Source: Candidatus Terraquivivens tengchongensis
GTDB taxonomy: Archaea > Thermoproteota > Nitrososphaeria_A > Caldarchaeales > Wolframiiraptoraceae
Assembly (NCBI GenBank): GCA_023261845.1
Contig: JALNJZ010000002.1
Location: forward strand, 96,001 to 160,000
Direction: 5' to 3'
Length of the DNA: 64,000 nt
A program made the position numbers and the translations under genes. The notes under the pieces were generated by a model, which did no database searches, was not told the DNA's origin, and was given only the letters and a program-made list of their open reading frames with translations. The stretch's first letter is position 1; each line of letters opens with the position of its first letter. Below are positions 1 to 9,904 of the stretch, piece after piece.

Positions 1-2
1 AA

Positions 3-368
3 GAAAGGCTTGATGAAATAGAGGCAGCAATATCTCGAGAAGAAATAAAACGGCTAATAGAGGATGGCGCGATCTACAAAATTCAGGAAAAAGGTATAAG
101 CAAAGGGAGGTTACGCGAGCGGAAAAAGCGCAAAGGGCCAGGCAGTAGAAAGGGCGGAAAATACTCCATAATCCCAAGAAAAACGCAATGGATATTAAAG
201 GTTAGAGCGCAAAGGAAAGCCCTGAAAAAACTCAGGGATTCGAAGATGCTCGTGGAAGGAGCTTACAGAAAAGTTTACAAGATGGTGAAGAGCGGAGCCT
301 TCAAATCTGTGAGCGCTATGATGGAATACCTAAAGCAGAACAAGCTGTTGAGGAGGGTTTTCGCATAA
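3..368 (+). CDS. rpl19e: 50S ribosomal protein L19e (5'-truncated by window edge)
   Basis: Own translation from base 3: ERLDEIEAAISREEIKRLIEDGAI...GISKGR...KGPGSRKG...WILKVRAQRKALKKLRD, TAA at 366-368; precedes L18-S5-L30 as in the archaeal spc-like cluster. Confidence 0.93.
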   Translation, partial: ERLDEIEAAISREEIKRLIEDGAIYKIQEKGISKGRLRERKKRKGPGSRKGGKYSIIPRKTQWILKVRAQRKALKKLRDSKMLVEGAYRKVYKMVKSGAFKSVSAMMEYLKQNKLLRRVFA

Positions 369-947
369 ATGTGCGGATGTGTAGCCTTACTTAAACGTAC
401 ACCTCCAAAAAGAAGGCGCATGGGTCTAACGAACTACAGGAAAAGATTAAAGCTGATAAAGTCCGGCCTGCCGAGGTTAGTCATTAGAAGGACAAACAGG
501 TACGTAATAGTTCAAGCAATACAAAGCCTAGCCGGCGGCGATAGGACCTTAACGGCAACAGTGTCTAAAGAGCTCAGGAAGTTAGGTTGGAACGGAGGAT
601 TAAAGAACACACCTGCAGCTTACCTTACAGGACTCCTTGCAGGCATGAAGATGAGGAGGCTAGGCATAAAGAAGCTTGTAGCTGATTTGGGTCTATTTTC
701 AAAAGCATCTAGATTATATGCTGTTATAAAAGGCATAATAGATGCTGGTATAGAGGTACCGGTCAGTGAAGATGTACTTCCCTCAGAGGAACGACTCAAA
801 GGCACGCATATAAGAGAGTATTTTGAAAAAGTTTCCCAGGAACCTTTTGTGAAGATTTTTACAAAAGTTGACAAGGAAGCTTATTCAAAGCTTGAAGAAC
901 ATGTAGAAGAGGTTAAACAAAAAATTCTCTCGGAGGTGTCAAAGTGA
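369..947 (+). CDS. rpl18: 50S ribosomal protein uL18
   Basis: RRRMGLTNYRKRLKL, RLVIRRTNR, NTPAAYLTGLL motifs; gene order. Confidence 0.95.
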   Translation: MCGCVALLKRTPPKRRRMGLTNYRKRLKLIKSGLPRLVIRRTNRYVIVQAIQSLAGGDRTLTATVSKELRKLGWNGGLKNTPAAYLTGLLAGMKMRRLGIKKLVADLGLFSKASRLYAVIKGIIDAGIEVPVSEDVLPSEERLKGTHIREYFEKVSQEPFVKIFTKVDKEAYSKLEEHVEEVKQKILSEVSK

Positions 948-1564
948 GCGAGACAGAATGGGTACCTAAAACAGAATTAGGTAGGCTTGTAAGAGATGGA
1001 AAAATAACATCCATAGACGAAATCTTTTCGAACCATTATAAGATAACAGAGCCCCAGATAGTTGATATACTTTTACCAAACCTCGAGCAGGAGGTCCTAG
1101 ACATAAAGCTTGTCCAGAAACAGACGGATGCAGGTGAGAAAAGAAGGTACAAAGCAATCGTTGTAGTCGGTAATAGAGACGGTTATGTTGGAATAGGAAC
1201 GGGGAAGTCCGTTCATATCGTACCAGCCATAGAGAAGGCGATAAACCAAGCAAAACTCAATATAATCCCGGTAAAAAGAGGTTGTGGGAGCTGGGAATGT
1301 GCATGTAATGAACCACACAGTCTCGTAACAAAAGTTGAAGGAAAGTATGGGAGTGTGAAGATGGTATTGATTCCAGCTCCAAAAGGCTTAGGCATCGTGG
1401 CGGGCGATATGCAGAAAGCTGTCCTGGAGATGGCGGGCATAAAAGACTGCTGGACTAGGAGTTTTGGGGAGACGAGGACCACGCTTTCAGTAGTCGGAGC
1501 AACCTACATGGCCCTTAAGAATACGAATAAAGTAGTTCTACCATCCCTCTGGAAGACTGTTTAG
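944..1564 (+). CDS. rps5: 30S ribosomal protein uS5
   Basis: WVPKTELGRLV, VQKQTDAG, RGCGSWEC, PAPKGLG motifs. Confidence 0.97.
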   Translation: MSETEWVPKTELGRLVRDGKITSIDEIFSNHYKITEPQIVDILLPNLEQEVLDIKLVQKQTDAGEKRRYKAIVVVGNRDGYVGIGTGKSVHIVPAIEKAINQAKLNIIPVKRGCGSWECACNEPHSLVTKVEGKYGSVKMVLIPAPKGLGIVAGDMQKAVLEMAGIKDCWTRSFGETRTTLSVVGATYMALKNTNKVVLPSLWKTV

Positions 1565-1576
1565 GGGGATGTAATT

Positions 1577-2062
1577 TTGGAGGTGAGTACGAACACGTTT
1601 TTAGTGGTGAGGATAAAAGGCTCAGTTGGCGCGAGTGAGGAGGAACGGTCAACGCTTAAGTTGCTGAACCTACCAAGGGCCAACTACGCCACGGTAGTTA
1701 AGAATACGCCAAGTTATCTCGGTATGTTAAGGAAAGTTCAACATTACGTGACTTGGGGCGAGCCCACGTTAAAGACTATAAAAAGGCTCTTGGCGAAAAG
1801 GGGCGAACTGAATGGTGGGAAAAAGCTTAATGAAGAACTGATTAAAACCCTAGGTTTCAACTCGATCGATGAATTGGCAGAGAAGATATTCTCTGGAGAA
1901 GTCACACTATCGCAACTAAAAGAAAAGGGACTGAAGCCTTTCTTCAGACTACACCCACCAAGAAAGGGCTTTAAGCACAGCATTAAGAGACCGTTCAAAG
2001 ACAAGGGAGAATACGGGTATAGGGGCCAGGAAATAAACGAACTAGTAGTAAGGATGTCCTAA
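1577..2062 (+). CDS. rpl30: 50S ribosomal protein uL30 (archaeal long form)
   Basis: VVRIKG, GMLRKVQHYVTWGE, FRLHPPRKG, GYRGQEINELVVRM. Confidence 0.95.
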   Translation: MEVSTNTFLVVRIKGSVGASEEERSTLKLLNLPRANYATVVKNTPSYLGMLRKVQHYVTWGEPTLKTIKRLLAKRGELNGGKKLNEELIKTLGFNSIDELAEKIFSGEVTLSQLKEKGLKPFFRLHPPRKGFKHSIKRPFKDKGEYGYRGQEINELVVRMS

Positions 2063-2080
2063 AGTGTTAAAACGGCAGCC

Positions 2081-2100
2081 TTTTTCGTTCATATTTTTCT
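2081..2100 (+). terminator. Putative oligo-T terminator after rpl30
   Basis: TTTTTCGTTCATATTTTTCT about 20 nt after the stop, typical of archaeal T-rich terminators. Confidence 0.4.
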
Positions 2101-2181
2101 ACAAAAGTGTTGCTAGCTAAACTTAACATCGCGAGGAATTTTATAAAAGGCTTAAATAGATTTGAAGGCTTTATAAAAATC

Positions 2182-2781
2182 ATGGCTAAAAAATACACCC
2201 TTCCGGAATTACCGTACCCCTACAACGCTCTCGAGCCTTATCTCTCAGAAGAAATTTTGAGAGTTCACCATGACAAACATCACCTAGCTTATGTGAATGG
2301 CGCAAACGCCGCTATCGAAAAGTTGGAGAAAGCAAGGACGACTGGTGAGGTAGTAGACTTCAAGGCTGTAGCACGCGATCTGTCGTTCAACCTGTCGGGC
2401 CACATACTCCACTCAATCTACTGGGAGAACATGAGTCCAAAGGGTGGTGGAAAGCCTGGCGGAATCTTGGCGGACAGGATTGATAAAGATTTAGGCGGTT
2501 TCGAGAACTTTAAAGCACAGCTAAGCTCCGTTGCCGCAACCGTCGAGGGGTCGGGCTGGGGCCTCTTGGCTTACGACCCTGAGGGCGATAGGTTGATAAT
2601 CCTGCAGATTGAGAAGCACAACAACCAGCTAGTTCCTGGTGCAGTCCCGCTCTTGGTTCTCGACACGTTCGAACATGCTTACTACCTTCAGTATAAGAAC
2701 GACAGGAAGGCATACATAGATGCATGGTGGAACGTAGTAAACTGGAGCGATGTGGAGAGAAGACTGACTAAAGTTTTGTAG
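2182..2781 (+). CDS. sod: Fe/Mn superoxide dismutase
   Basis: LPELPYPYNALEP, HHDKHH, DTFEHAYYLQY; ATG 2182 preferred over 2107 because it follows a TTTATAAA box. Confidence 0.96.
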   Translation: MAKKYTLPELPYPYNALEPYLSEEILRVHHDKHHLAYVNGANAAIEKLEKARTTGEVVDFKAVARDLSFNLSGHILHSIYWENMSPKGGGKPGGILADRIDKDLGGFENFKAQLSSVAATVEGSGWGLLAYDPEGDRLIILQIEKHNNQLVPGAVPLLVLDTFEHAYYLQYKNDRKAYIDAWWNVVNWSDVERRLTKVL

Positions 2782-2813
2782 CGTGCAGCATTTCCTACGA
2801 TTTTTACATCATC

Positions 2814-3350
2814 CTAAACTTTTTTTGTTTTAACCTCCTCCAGCACTTTCTCGAATATTCTATATGTTTCTTCATCATAAAGGCAGAAGACAACCTTCTT
2901 GAGGCTCTTTGCCTCTTTTTCCAAGAACTCAGCTACTGTCGGCACCATGATCCTGGCGCACCTGTCCTTCGGGAAGCCAAATATTCCCGTCGATATGGCC
3001 GGAAAGGCTATACTCTTCAGACCGTACCGTTCTGCCAACCTGAGGCTGTTGAGTGTTGCATCTTTTAGTTTCCTGTCTTCGTCACCCTCACCGTATCTCG
3101 GACCGACAGCATGTATCACGTACTTAGCCTTCAACTTACCCGCTCCCGTAATGACCGCACCGCCTACAGGACAATAACCCATCTTATCGCACTCTTTTTG
3201 AATTTCATAACCTCCTTTCCTTAGTATGGCGCCAGCCACTCCGCCCCCCATCTTTAGGCTACTGTTGGCAGCGTTAACTATAGCATCTGTGTCTAAATCT
3301 GTTATATCACCCTTAACTAGCTCTATGCGCGGCTCAGCTTCCGACCCCAT
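2814..3350 (-). CDS. Macro-domain (MacroD-type) ADP-ribose-binding/hydrolase protein
   Basis: [36 protein letters not shown]. Confidence 0.92.
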   Translation of the reverse strand: MGSEAEPRIELVKGDITDLDTDAIVNAANSSLKMGGGVAGAILRKGGYEIQKECDKMGYCPVGGAVITGAGKLKAKYVIHAVGPRYGEGDEDRKLKDATLNSLRLAERYGLKSIAFPAISTGIFGFPKDRCARIMVPTVAEFLEKEAKSLKKVVFCLYDEETYRIFEKVLEEVKTKKV

Positions 3351-3408
3351 ACAACACCTAAACATTTGGAATGATGTTTAGGACAAAAGGTTTTCGGAAC
3401 ATTAGGCT

Positions 3409-3894
3409 CTAATTGTACCCCCTTGCTCTGTAGATGGCTTTTTTTATGGCTTTCATGGCATCGGACTTCCTCTTGAAGTAATGTAAATGTGATGGACAGT
3501 CGCAGTCAGTCGAGCCGACACCAACCAAACTGTAATCTGCCATCAAGGATACACAACGCGAAAGAACGCATTCCGTTTTCCTCTTAGAAGGCAGGACACC
3601 TATCGTTATAACTCTTGCAGTCCTTTTATTCAGAAGCCTGTCTATGTGCCAATGGGGTCTTCTTCTGAATGGGCCTACGTGACGAAGCAACCTCCATCCA
3701 GCTTTTCCGATGGCCGAGCCAGCATAGACGTAGTAACCCGGTTTCAGGAGTAGCGTGCCCGCAGAGCCGAAGGCCACTCTGGCCGCTCTAGACAGTTTGA
3801 TAAGCAACAAATAACCGCCAGAGAAATCCCTCGAAATCTCCTTGACCTTTTCAGGGTCGTACAGCCTCGGGGCAACCTTGAATTTCAACAACAA
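3409..3894 (-). CDS. DUF123 / GIY-YIG (Uri superfamily) nuclease
   Basis: GGYLLLI...GYYVYAGSA...RH...HWHIDRL...E C...GSTDCDCPSHL. Confidence 0.8.
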   Translation of the reverse strand: MLLKFKVAPRLYDPEKVKEISRDFSGGYLLLIKLSRAARVAFGSAGTLLLKPGYYVYAGSAIGKAGWRLLRHVGPFRRRPHWHIDRLLNKRTARVITIGVLPSKRKTECVLSRCVSLMADYSLVGVGSTDCDCPSHLHYFKRKSDAMKAIKKAIYRARGYN

Positions 3895-3971
3895 GTTTTT
3901 GGTGGAATGTTGCCTATTTTAGTTTTGAGATAGATTAATATAATAGTTAACGGCGTTATAACTGGACAGGT

Positions 3972-4538
3972 ATGATTGCACCAACAGAGGTATTAAAAAG
4001 CGAGCACAGGGTGATAGAGAAAGTAATAACAACGATGGATTGGGTCGGGCGGACACTCTTAAGAGGCAAAAGAGTTGACCCATCCCTTATAGAGGAGATA
4101 ACGGACTTCATGGAAAAATTCGCCGACAAGTGCCATCATGGAAAAGAGGAAAATGTGCTCTTCGAGTGGATGGAGCGCATGGGTGTCCCTAAAGAAGGTG
4201 GGCCGATAGGCGTTATGCTATATGAACATGAGCTGGGCAGGAGCTACAGGAAGGCCATAGTTGAGGCGCTTCCGAGCTACAAAGAAGGGTCGCTCGAGGC
4301 GGCGAAGGTTATAGCCGAAAATGTTCAGGCTTATGCAACTATGCTGAGCCAGCATATAATGAAAGAGGACAACATACTATTCAAGATAGCTGATGAGCTC
4401 ATAGCCGAAAAGGACGATGAGACATACCTTATGGAAAACTTCGAGAAGGTTGAGAGGAAAATCATGGGAAAGGGCGAACATGAAAGATTACTAAAGCTGG
4501 CGGACAAGATAGCTAGCGCATTAAAGGAGCAAACATAG
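3972..4538 (+). CDS. Hemerythrin/HHE cation-binding domain protein
   Basis: EHRVI, CHHGKEENVLF, EHELGR, QHIMKEDNILF. Confidence 0.9.
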   Translation: MIAPTEVLKSEHRVIEKVITTMDWVGRTLLRGKRVDPSLIEEITDFMEKFADKCHHGKEENVLFEWMERMGVPKEGGPIGVMLYEHELGRSYRKAIVEALPSYKEGSLEAAKVIAENVQAYATMLSQHIMKEDNILFKIADELIAEKDDETYLMENFEKVERKIMGKGEHERLLKLADKIASALKEQT

Positions 4539-4539
4539 C

Positions 4540-5610
4540 TTAGCTGTCGGTAGCTTTGGGTTTAAGTCTCCCGAATCTCCTAACGTAAGATAACGGATTC
4601 TTTATTCCACCACAAAGCCTGCCTTGTTCAATGCATAAACCATGCGTCTGCATTGTGCTGCAAGAAGGTGACGTGTACTTCGTTCTGCTACCCCTCATAC
4701 CTGCTATATGCTCAATCTGGTATCTCGCGATTTTCTCATCAAAGTCGCTCCTGTTAGCATAGATACTCACGATGTCTTCCACGTTCATACCGATGTTAAT
4801 TAGAAACGATGCGAGCGCAAAGTTGGCAAAGTGGGATAAAGCCTCACCTTTGATAAGGTTTTTATGGAGTACTTTCATGCATGGTGGCCAACTGTTTGGC
4901 GATATGCCGGAGGCTAGCGACTCTATCTTATACTTTCTTGCAAGCAGCTTATCCTTCTGCTCTTTGATGAAGTCTCGCATATAATCTGGCGGTCTGACGC
5001 TACCGATTGCTTTTACCCTCGCTACTATATACCGCTCGATCGAGCTCCTCATCAGTCTTGCCAGTTCTCTTTGGGTTATGTAGACGTAGCCGTTCTCCAA
5101 GCATCTATTAACGAGTTTCCATTCGTTTGCGTTAAACCTAGACGCTTCTCTAAGGTAATCCGTAAAATGTATCGCAAGCTCGTAATCTTTGTCAAGCTTT
5201 TTTCTTACCCTCTTTAAGTTAAAGCCCAGCTCTTCTTTAGCTAAAACCTCGACTACTTCTAACCGTTCCCTTGAAATGAGTACTTCTGCCCTTATGGCCT
5301 CTGCCAGCCCAAACCTTCTCGATGCAAAATCTTCATCAAGGGCCGCGACCATGAACAAGGCCAATGGAAACGACAAAAGCTCGACCTCTAAGTCCTTATC
5401 CATGATAGTCCTCGCATCACCAACCCCGTACGACCTCCCGCCCCTTTCTAATGCTTCTTCAACTCTAAATTTCGCCCTTTCATAGACGCGAGCGAACTCG
5501 GGGCTTCCTAAACTTTCTATGTCTATGCGGAGAGATGAGACGTAATCTTTGGCGGCCTTCGTGAATGGGTACTTCGCTATCATCTCAAGGCTTAGCAGTA
5601 TGCTCATCAT
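4540..5610 (-). CDS. priL: DNA primase large subunit
   Basis: AKYPFT, WKLVNR..GYV, PPCM, YQIEHIAG..G..TKY..PSC..M...GLC (Fe-S domain cysteines). Confidence 0.93.
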   Translation of the reverse strand: MMSILLSLEMIAKYPFTKAAKDYVSSLRIDIESLGSPEFARVYERAKFRVEEALERGGRSYGVGDARTIMDKDLEVELLSFPLALFMVAALDEDFASRRFGLAEAIRAEVLISRERLEVVEVLAKEELGFNLKRVRKKLDKDYELAIHFTDYLREASRFNANEWKLVNRCLENGYVYITQRELARLMRSSIERYIVARVKAIGSVRPPDYMRDFIKEQKDKLLARKYKIESLASGISPNSWPPCMKVLHKNLIKGEALSHFANFALASFLINIGMNVEDIVSIYANRSDFDEKIARYQIEHIAGMRGSRTKYTSPSCSTMQTHGLCIEQGRLCGGIKNPLSYVRRFGRLKPKATDS

Positions 5611-5677
5611 ATTATTCTGGTTCGAAGGACGTATTTAAGTTCCCTTAAACCCTAAGGAAAGTGCAGAAATGCATACA

Positions 5678-6250
5678 TTACTTTTGAGTCTCGATAGCAT
5701 ACTGTAATATGGCGTATAAAGATCTGTCCTGCGAGGTTTTTAGGAACTCTTCCCAGAAGTGCTTTAAGACCTTCTTGAGACGTTTATTCTTTGCATATTT
5801 GACAGCCTGTAGGGCCCTTTCAAAGCGGTCCAGCTCTTTTATGAGTCTTGCCTCAGCTGTAGACCCTGTTTTATATTCCTTCCATAAATTAAGATATTTT
5901 TTGGCGAGTGCCGGCGGTAAGAACGATAGGATGTACTCCATCGCTTTATGTTCTTCTTCCATTGATTTTTCGATGCCGAATTTGGCCCTATCTTTTGGTG
6001 TTAAATCGCCGACTATCGATTCGCAAAGGTCATGTAGCAACGCCATCCCAACAGACCTTTCTACATTAAGACCTCTCAGGTCGGTTATCACCATGGATAA
6101 TAGAGCAAGGTTGAAAGAATGGTCCGCAACCGATTCAATCCTTGAGATTTTCTTCCTCATCCAGCCCCGCCTCTTTATTCTCTTTAAAGCGTAAGCATGC
6201 TCGAGGAATTCCAGAAATCGCTTCGGCTCAAGTTCCGATAAGTCCATCAC
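5678..6250 (-). CDS. HD-domain hydrolase (YfbR/HDDC2-like)
   Basis: LKRIKRRGW, ESVADHSF, MALLHDLCESIVGDLTP, KELDRFE. Confidence 0.9.
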   Translation of the reverse strand: MMDLSELEPKRFLEFLEHAYALKRIKRRGWMRKKISRIESVADHSFNLALLSMVITDLRGLNVERSVGMALLHDLCESIVGDLTPKDRAKFGIEKSMEEEHKAMEYILSFLPPALAKKYLNLWKEYKTGSTAEARLIKELDRFERALQAVKYAKNKRLKKVLKHFWEEFLKTSQDRSLYAILQYAIETQK

Positions 6251-6325
6251 TTATCACTCATTACCCAACCTTTGGTTTCATTAAGATTTTTATAATTAAC
6301 GGGAATTAGAATTTTAGACGCATGC

Positions 6326-6781
6326 ATGCTAGACGAGATGGATTTAGCAATAATACGCGAGTTGATTAAAGACGGCAGGGCATCTTATAGGAGCATAGCA
6401 AAAAAACTCGGAATATCGGTCGCGACTGTGGCTTCAAGGGTGGCGGCTTTGGAAAAAGACGGCATTATCAAAGGGTACGCAGCCCTCGTTGATTACGAGA
6501 AATTGGGCTATGAGATAACGGCCATAATAGAGCTAACTATCTCTAAGGGAAAGCTGATAGAGGTTCAACATCAAGTGGCTGAGAAGCCTAATGTGAGCAG
6601 CGTATACGACGTAACGGGTGAAACCGACTCCATAATCATTGCAAGGTTCAAGAATAGGGATGAGCTTAATAGGTTCGTGAAGTGGCTCCTGTCAATGCCT
6701 TACATCGAAAGGACCCTCACACATTTGGTGCTGGGCATAGTCAAAGAAGACCCTAGGTATCCCCTGAAGGCTGAAGGCTGA
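6326..6781 (+). CDS. Lrp/AsnC family transcriptional regulator
   Basis: LDEMDLAIIREL..DGR.S...IAKKLG HTH; YDVTGETD. Confidence 0.93.
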   Translation: MLDEMDLAIIRELIKDGRASYRSIAKKLGISVATVASRVAALEKDGIIKGYAALVDYEKLGYEITAIIELTISKGKLIEVQHQVAEKPNVSSVYDVTGETDSIIIARFKNRDELNRFVKWLLSMPYIERTLTHLVLGIVKEDPRYPLKAEG

Positions 6782-6853
6782 TAGAAAGTATTTATCTTGC
6801 CCCTTTTGATGGGTTATCGATAAAATTCCTCAACAGATGACTGGTGCTAGGGA

Positions 6854-7837
6854 ATGGGTCATAGAAAGTACTCTGCACCAAGGAGGGGTTCGTTGGCATT
6901 CTTACCTAGGGGCAGGGCCAGTCGTCTAGTGCCTAGAGTAAAGTACTGGCCTGAATACAAAGGAGAGCCGAGGCCCTTGGGTTTTTTGGCATACAAGGCC
7001 GGCGTAACGTCGGTCTACTATGTAGATACGACACCCAACTCTCCAACGCAAGGGGTTGAAGTGCAGAAACTTGCAACGATACTCTCAGCACCGCCCGTGA
7101 TCGTCGCAGGCATAGTCCTTTACAAAGACGAGGGAGGAAAGCTGGTCGAGCTGACAAAGATATGGAGTAAGAACCTCCCTCCTGATATTAAGAGAAAGAT
7201 ACCCACGTTAAGGTCAAACGAAGACGAAATGCTGGCACGTATAGAGGAGTTCAGGAAGAGCGTGTCTGAGGTCAGGTTAATAATAGCATCCCAACCTAAA
7301 CTCGTCAGACTTCCTAAGAAAAAACCCGACATACTAGAGGTGAAGGTCGGCGGTGGTGACGTGCAAAAATGTTTGGATTATGCCCTCTCTAAGCTCGGTA
7401 AGGAGTTGTCACCTACTGAGGTATTCCGAGAGGGGGAGTTTGTTGACGTTATTGCAGTTACCACTGGACATGGATTTCAAGGCGTAGTTAAGCGGTATGG
7501 TGTTAAGATACTACCTAGGAAGTCTAGGAAGACGAAAAGGGGTGTTGGCGCTATCGGACCCTGGAAGCCATCATACGTTATGTATACCGTTCCTAGAGCT
7601 GGACAGATGGGCTTTCACCGTAGGACGGAGTTCAACAAAAGGATACTCAAGCTGGAAAGTGATGGAGCAAAGCTCGTACCAAAAAGCGGATTTCATAAGT
7701 TTGGAGTACTGCGTAGTAGTGCAACAGTATTAGAGGGGAGCGTTCCTGGTACGCCGAAAAGACCTGTTGTATTAAGGATTGCAGCAAGACCTCCTACTCA
7801 TCAGGAACCTCCGCGCATCACGCTAATACAGGTGTAA
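6854..7837 (+). CDS. rpl3: 50S ribosomal protein uL3
   Basis: MGHRKYSAPRRGSL, YKAG, GHGFQGVVKR, GQMGFHRRTE. Confidence 0.97.
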   Translation: MGHRKYSAPRRGSLAFLPRGRASRLVPRVKYWPEYKGEPRPLGFLAYKAGVTSVYYVDTTPNSPTQGVEVQKLATILSAPPVIVAGIVLYKDEGGKLVELTKIWSKNLPPDIKRKIPTLRSNEDEMLARIEEFRKSVSEVRLIIASQPKLVRLPKKKPDILEVKVGGGDVQKCLDYALSKLGKELSPTEVFREGEFVDVIAVTTGHGFQGVVKRYGVKILPRKSRKTKRGVGAIGPWKPSYVMYTVPRAGQMGFHRRTEFNKRILKLESDGAKLVPKSGFHKFGVLRSSATVLEGSVPGTPKRPVVLRIAARPPTHQEPPRITLIQV

Positions 7838-7841
7838 GTAC

Positions 7842-8675
7842 ATGAGTGTCACGTCTTCTTTATTAACATCCCAGAAGGAACAAAGACCTAAGGTTCCGGT
7901 ACTTAACCTTGAGTGTAAAGAGGTTGAGCTTGTAGAGTTACCGAGAGTTTTCGATACACCACTACGTGAAGATCTTATCAAAAGAGCATACATTCATCTG
8001 ATGACACACATCCTTCAACCGAAGGGCGCTTCAAAGGCTTCTGCCCACAAGTACTCCGTAGAATCATGGGGAGCGGGCTATGGTATGGCGAGGGTATCAA
8101 GGATTAAGGGCGGTGGTACAGGAAAAGCCATGGCAGGCGGTTTTGTACCTTCCGCTGTTGGTGGCAGACCCACACATCCGCCAAAACCTGAGAAGAAAAT
8201 CCATAAGAAGTTAAATAAGAAAGAAAAGCTTGCATCCCTGCTCTCGGCGATTGCTTTTACCGCTGTACCGAGTGCAGTAAGATTAAGGGGCCACAAGCTT
8301 CCCGATAATTTGAAGCTCCCCATAGTTGTTACGGACGATATCGAAGGCGTTAGTAAAGCGAAAGAATTGAAAGTGTTCTTAGAACGGTTAGGCCTTAAAG
8401 AGGAGCTAGAAAGGTGTGAAGAAAAGAAAATCAGGGCCGGAAAAGGAAAGATGCGGGGCAGGAGGTACAAACGTAGAGTCGGCCCATTAATAGTGTGTAT
8501 GAATGACAAGGGCATCAAAAAAGCAGCTTCAAGCATTCCTGGTGTTGATTTTACTAAGTTGAGCGAATTGAGCGTGCTACACTTAGCACCTGGGGCAAAA
8601 CCCGCAAGGCTTGTGATATGGTCAAAATCAGCGTTACTATCTCTTGACTCAAAATTAGAAAAACTCTTAGCTTAA
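7842..8675 (+). CDS. rpl4: 50S ribosomal protein uL4
   Basis: ESWGAGYGMARV, GGRPTHPP, RAGKGKMRGRRY, LAPG. Confidence 0.96.
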   Translation: MSVTSSLLTSQKEQRPKVPVLNLECKEVELVELPRVFDTPLREDLIKRAYIHLMTHILQPKGASKASAHKYSVESWGAGYGMARVSRIKGGGTGKAMAGGFVPSAVGGRPTHPPKPEKKIHKKLNKKEKLASLLSAIAFTAVPSAVRLRGHKLPDNLKLPIVVTDDIEGVSKAKELKVFLERLGLKEELERCEEKKIRAGKGKMRGRRYKRRVGPLIVCMNDKGIKKAASSIPGVDFTKLSELSVLHLAPGAKPARLVIWSKSALLSLDSKLEKLLA

Positions 8676-8708
8676 AACCCAAGGACAACGATAGAAGGAG
8701 TTGAATAC

Positions 8709-9902
8709 GTGGAGCAACTAGCAATCCTGATCGGAACGCTTATAGCTATACTTATCGCGATTGTCATATTTAAGATAAATATTGGCATATCTCTGTTTTT
8801 AGGCACCCTATTCTTTGGTCTTATGACCCAGCCGCTTCATAATATGCCCAGTACATTATTTTCAACACTTACTAACGAAACGACTATTTTACTAATAGTA
8901 ATCTCGATAGAGATTGTTTTCTTCGTGAACATTTACTCTACTACAAAAATGATTGATGAAGCTCAATCTTATATAATGACAAAAGTCCGAAAACCTAAAC
9001 TTATTACTGTGACCATTCCTTCATTTCTGGGTCTCCTACCCATAGCAGGTGGTGCCCTTCTATCCGCACCTTTCGTCGACAAGATCGGTAACGACCTTGG
9101 ACTAAATAAAGGCGAAAAAGTTTTCATAAATGTATGGTACAGACATACGTTGCTTTTTGCTTGTCCAATCAACGATGCCCTTGTACTTACTGTTGCATTA
9201 ACTTCTATTAAACTCTCGGACTTAATATCAGGTCTACTTCCATCAATGTTCATAATGTTTACATGCGGATATCCATTGCTTATGAAAAGGAAGAGACATA
9301 TAACTACAGAGTTTGTTGAACAGCATTCTAGCGGCATGTCACTTGTCCCATTCTTGTCAGCAGTTATAGTTGCCACAATTTTATCAGTAGTCCTTAACAT
9401 GGGGCTCTATGGAATAGTCTTGGGAACTGCGACGGGCATAATTAGCGTGTTATTGATAAGTAAGCCAAAGGGCGTGAGTATTTTAAGATCGTTTATGGAT
9501 AAGAGAACGTTAACAATAACACTCGTGCTTTATTCTGCTATGTTGCTAAGAGGACTTATCATAAACACAAGCATACCGGCATCGATTAATACGTTCAGCC
9601 TTGTACTTCCACCGCTCATTATTGAAATTTTGCTCCCATTCTTTTTGGGCTATATGTTAGCCTCGATATCCGGAGCAATTGCCCTCTCATTCGCCACCTT
9701 CGCGTCCGGAATTGCATCAACCATACATGATGTTGCTTTAATTTACGGTTCCGCATTTATAGGTTACACAGTTTCACCGTTCCATCTTTGTCTTGTTTTC
9801 ACAGCAGAATACCTAAAAACCAACGTCATGAGTGCTTACAAATACATGCTACCTGCAGCTACCGTAACAATAGCCTCTCTAATCGCCTTAACGTTTGTTT
9901 GA
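8709..9902 (+). CDS. DUF401-family multi-pass membrane protein (putative transporter)
   Basis: Many TM segments; GLLPIAGGALLSAP, NVWYRH, SPFHLCL. Confidence 0.75.
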   Translation: MEQLAILIGTLIAILIAIVIFKINIGISLFLGTLFFGLMTQPLHNMPSTLFSTLTNETTILLIVISIEIVFFVNIYSTTKMIDEAQSYIMTKVRKPKLITVTIPSFLGLLPIAGGALLSAPFVDKIGNDLGLNKGEKVFINVWYRHTLLFACPINDALVLTVALTSIKLSDLISGLLPSMFIMFTCGYPLLMKRKRHITTEFVEQHSSGMSLVPFLSAVIVATILSVVLNMGLYGIVLGTATGIISVLLISKPKGVSILRSFMDKRTLTITLVLYSAMLLRGLIINTSIPASINTFSLVLPPLIIEILLPFFLGYMLASISGAIALSFATFASGIASTIHDVALIYGSAFIGYTVSPFHLCLVFTAEYLKTNVMSAYKYMLPAATVTIASLIALTFV

Positions 9903-9904
9903 TG

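Noticed and set aside
2139-2177. Two TTTATAAA palindromes upstream of sod as an operator
   Set aside because: Explained by TATA-box sequence in an AT-rich promoter.
2814-3894. Macro domain plus GIY-YIG nuclease as a defence or mobile module
   Set aside because: Both are common archaeal housekeeping families; no ADP-ribosyltransferase, repeats or mobility genes are nearby.
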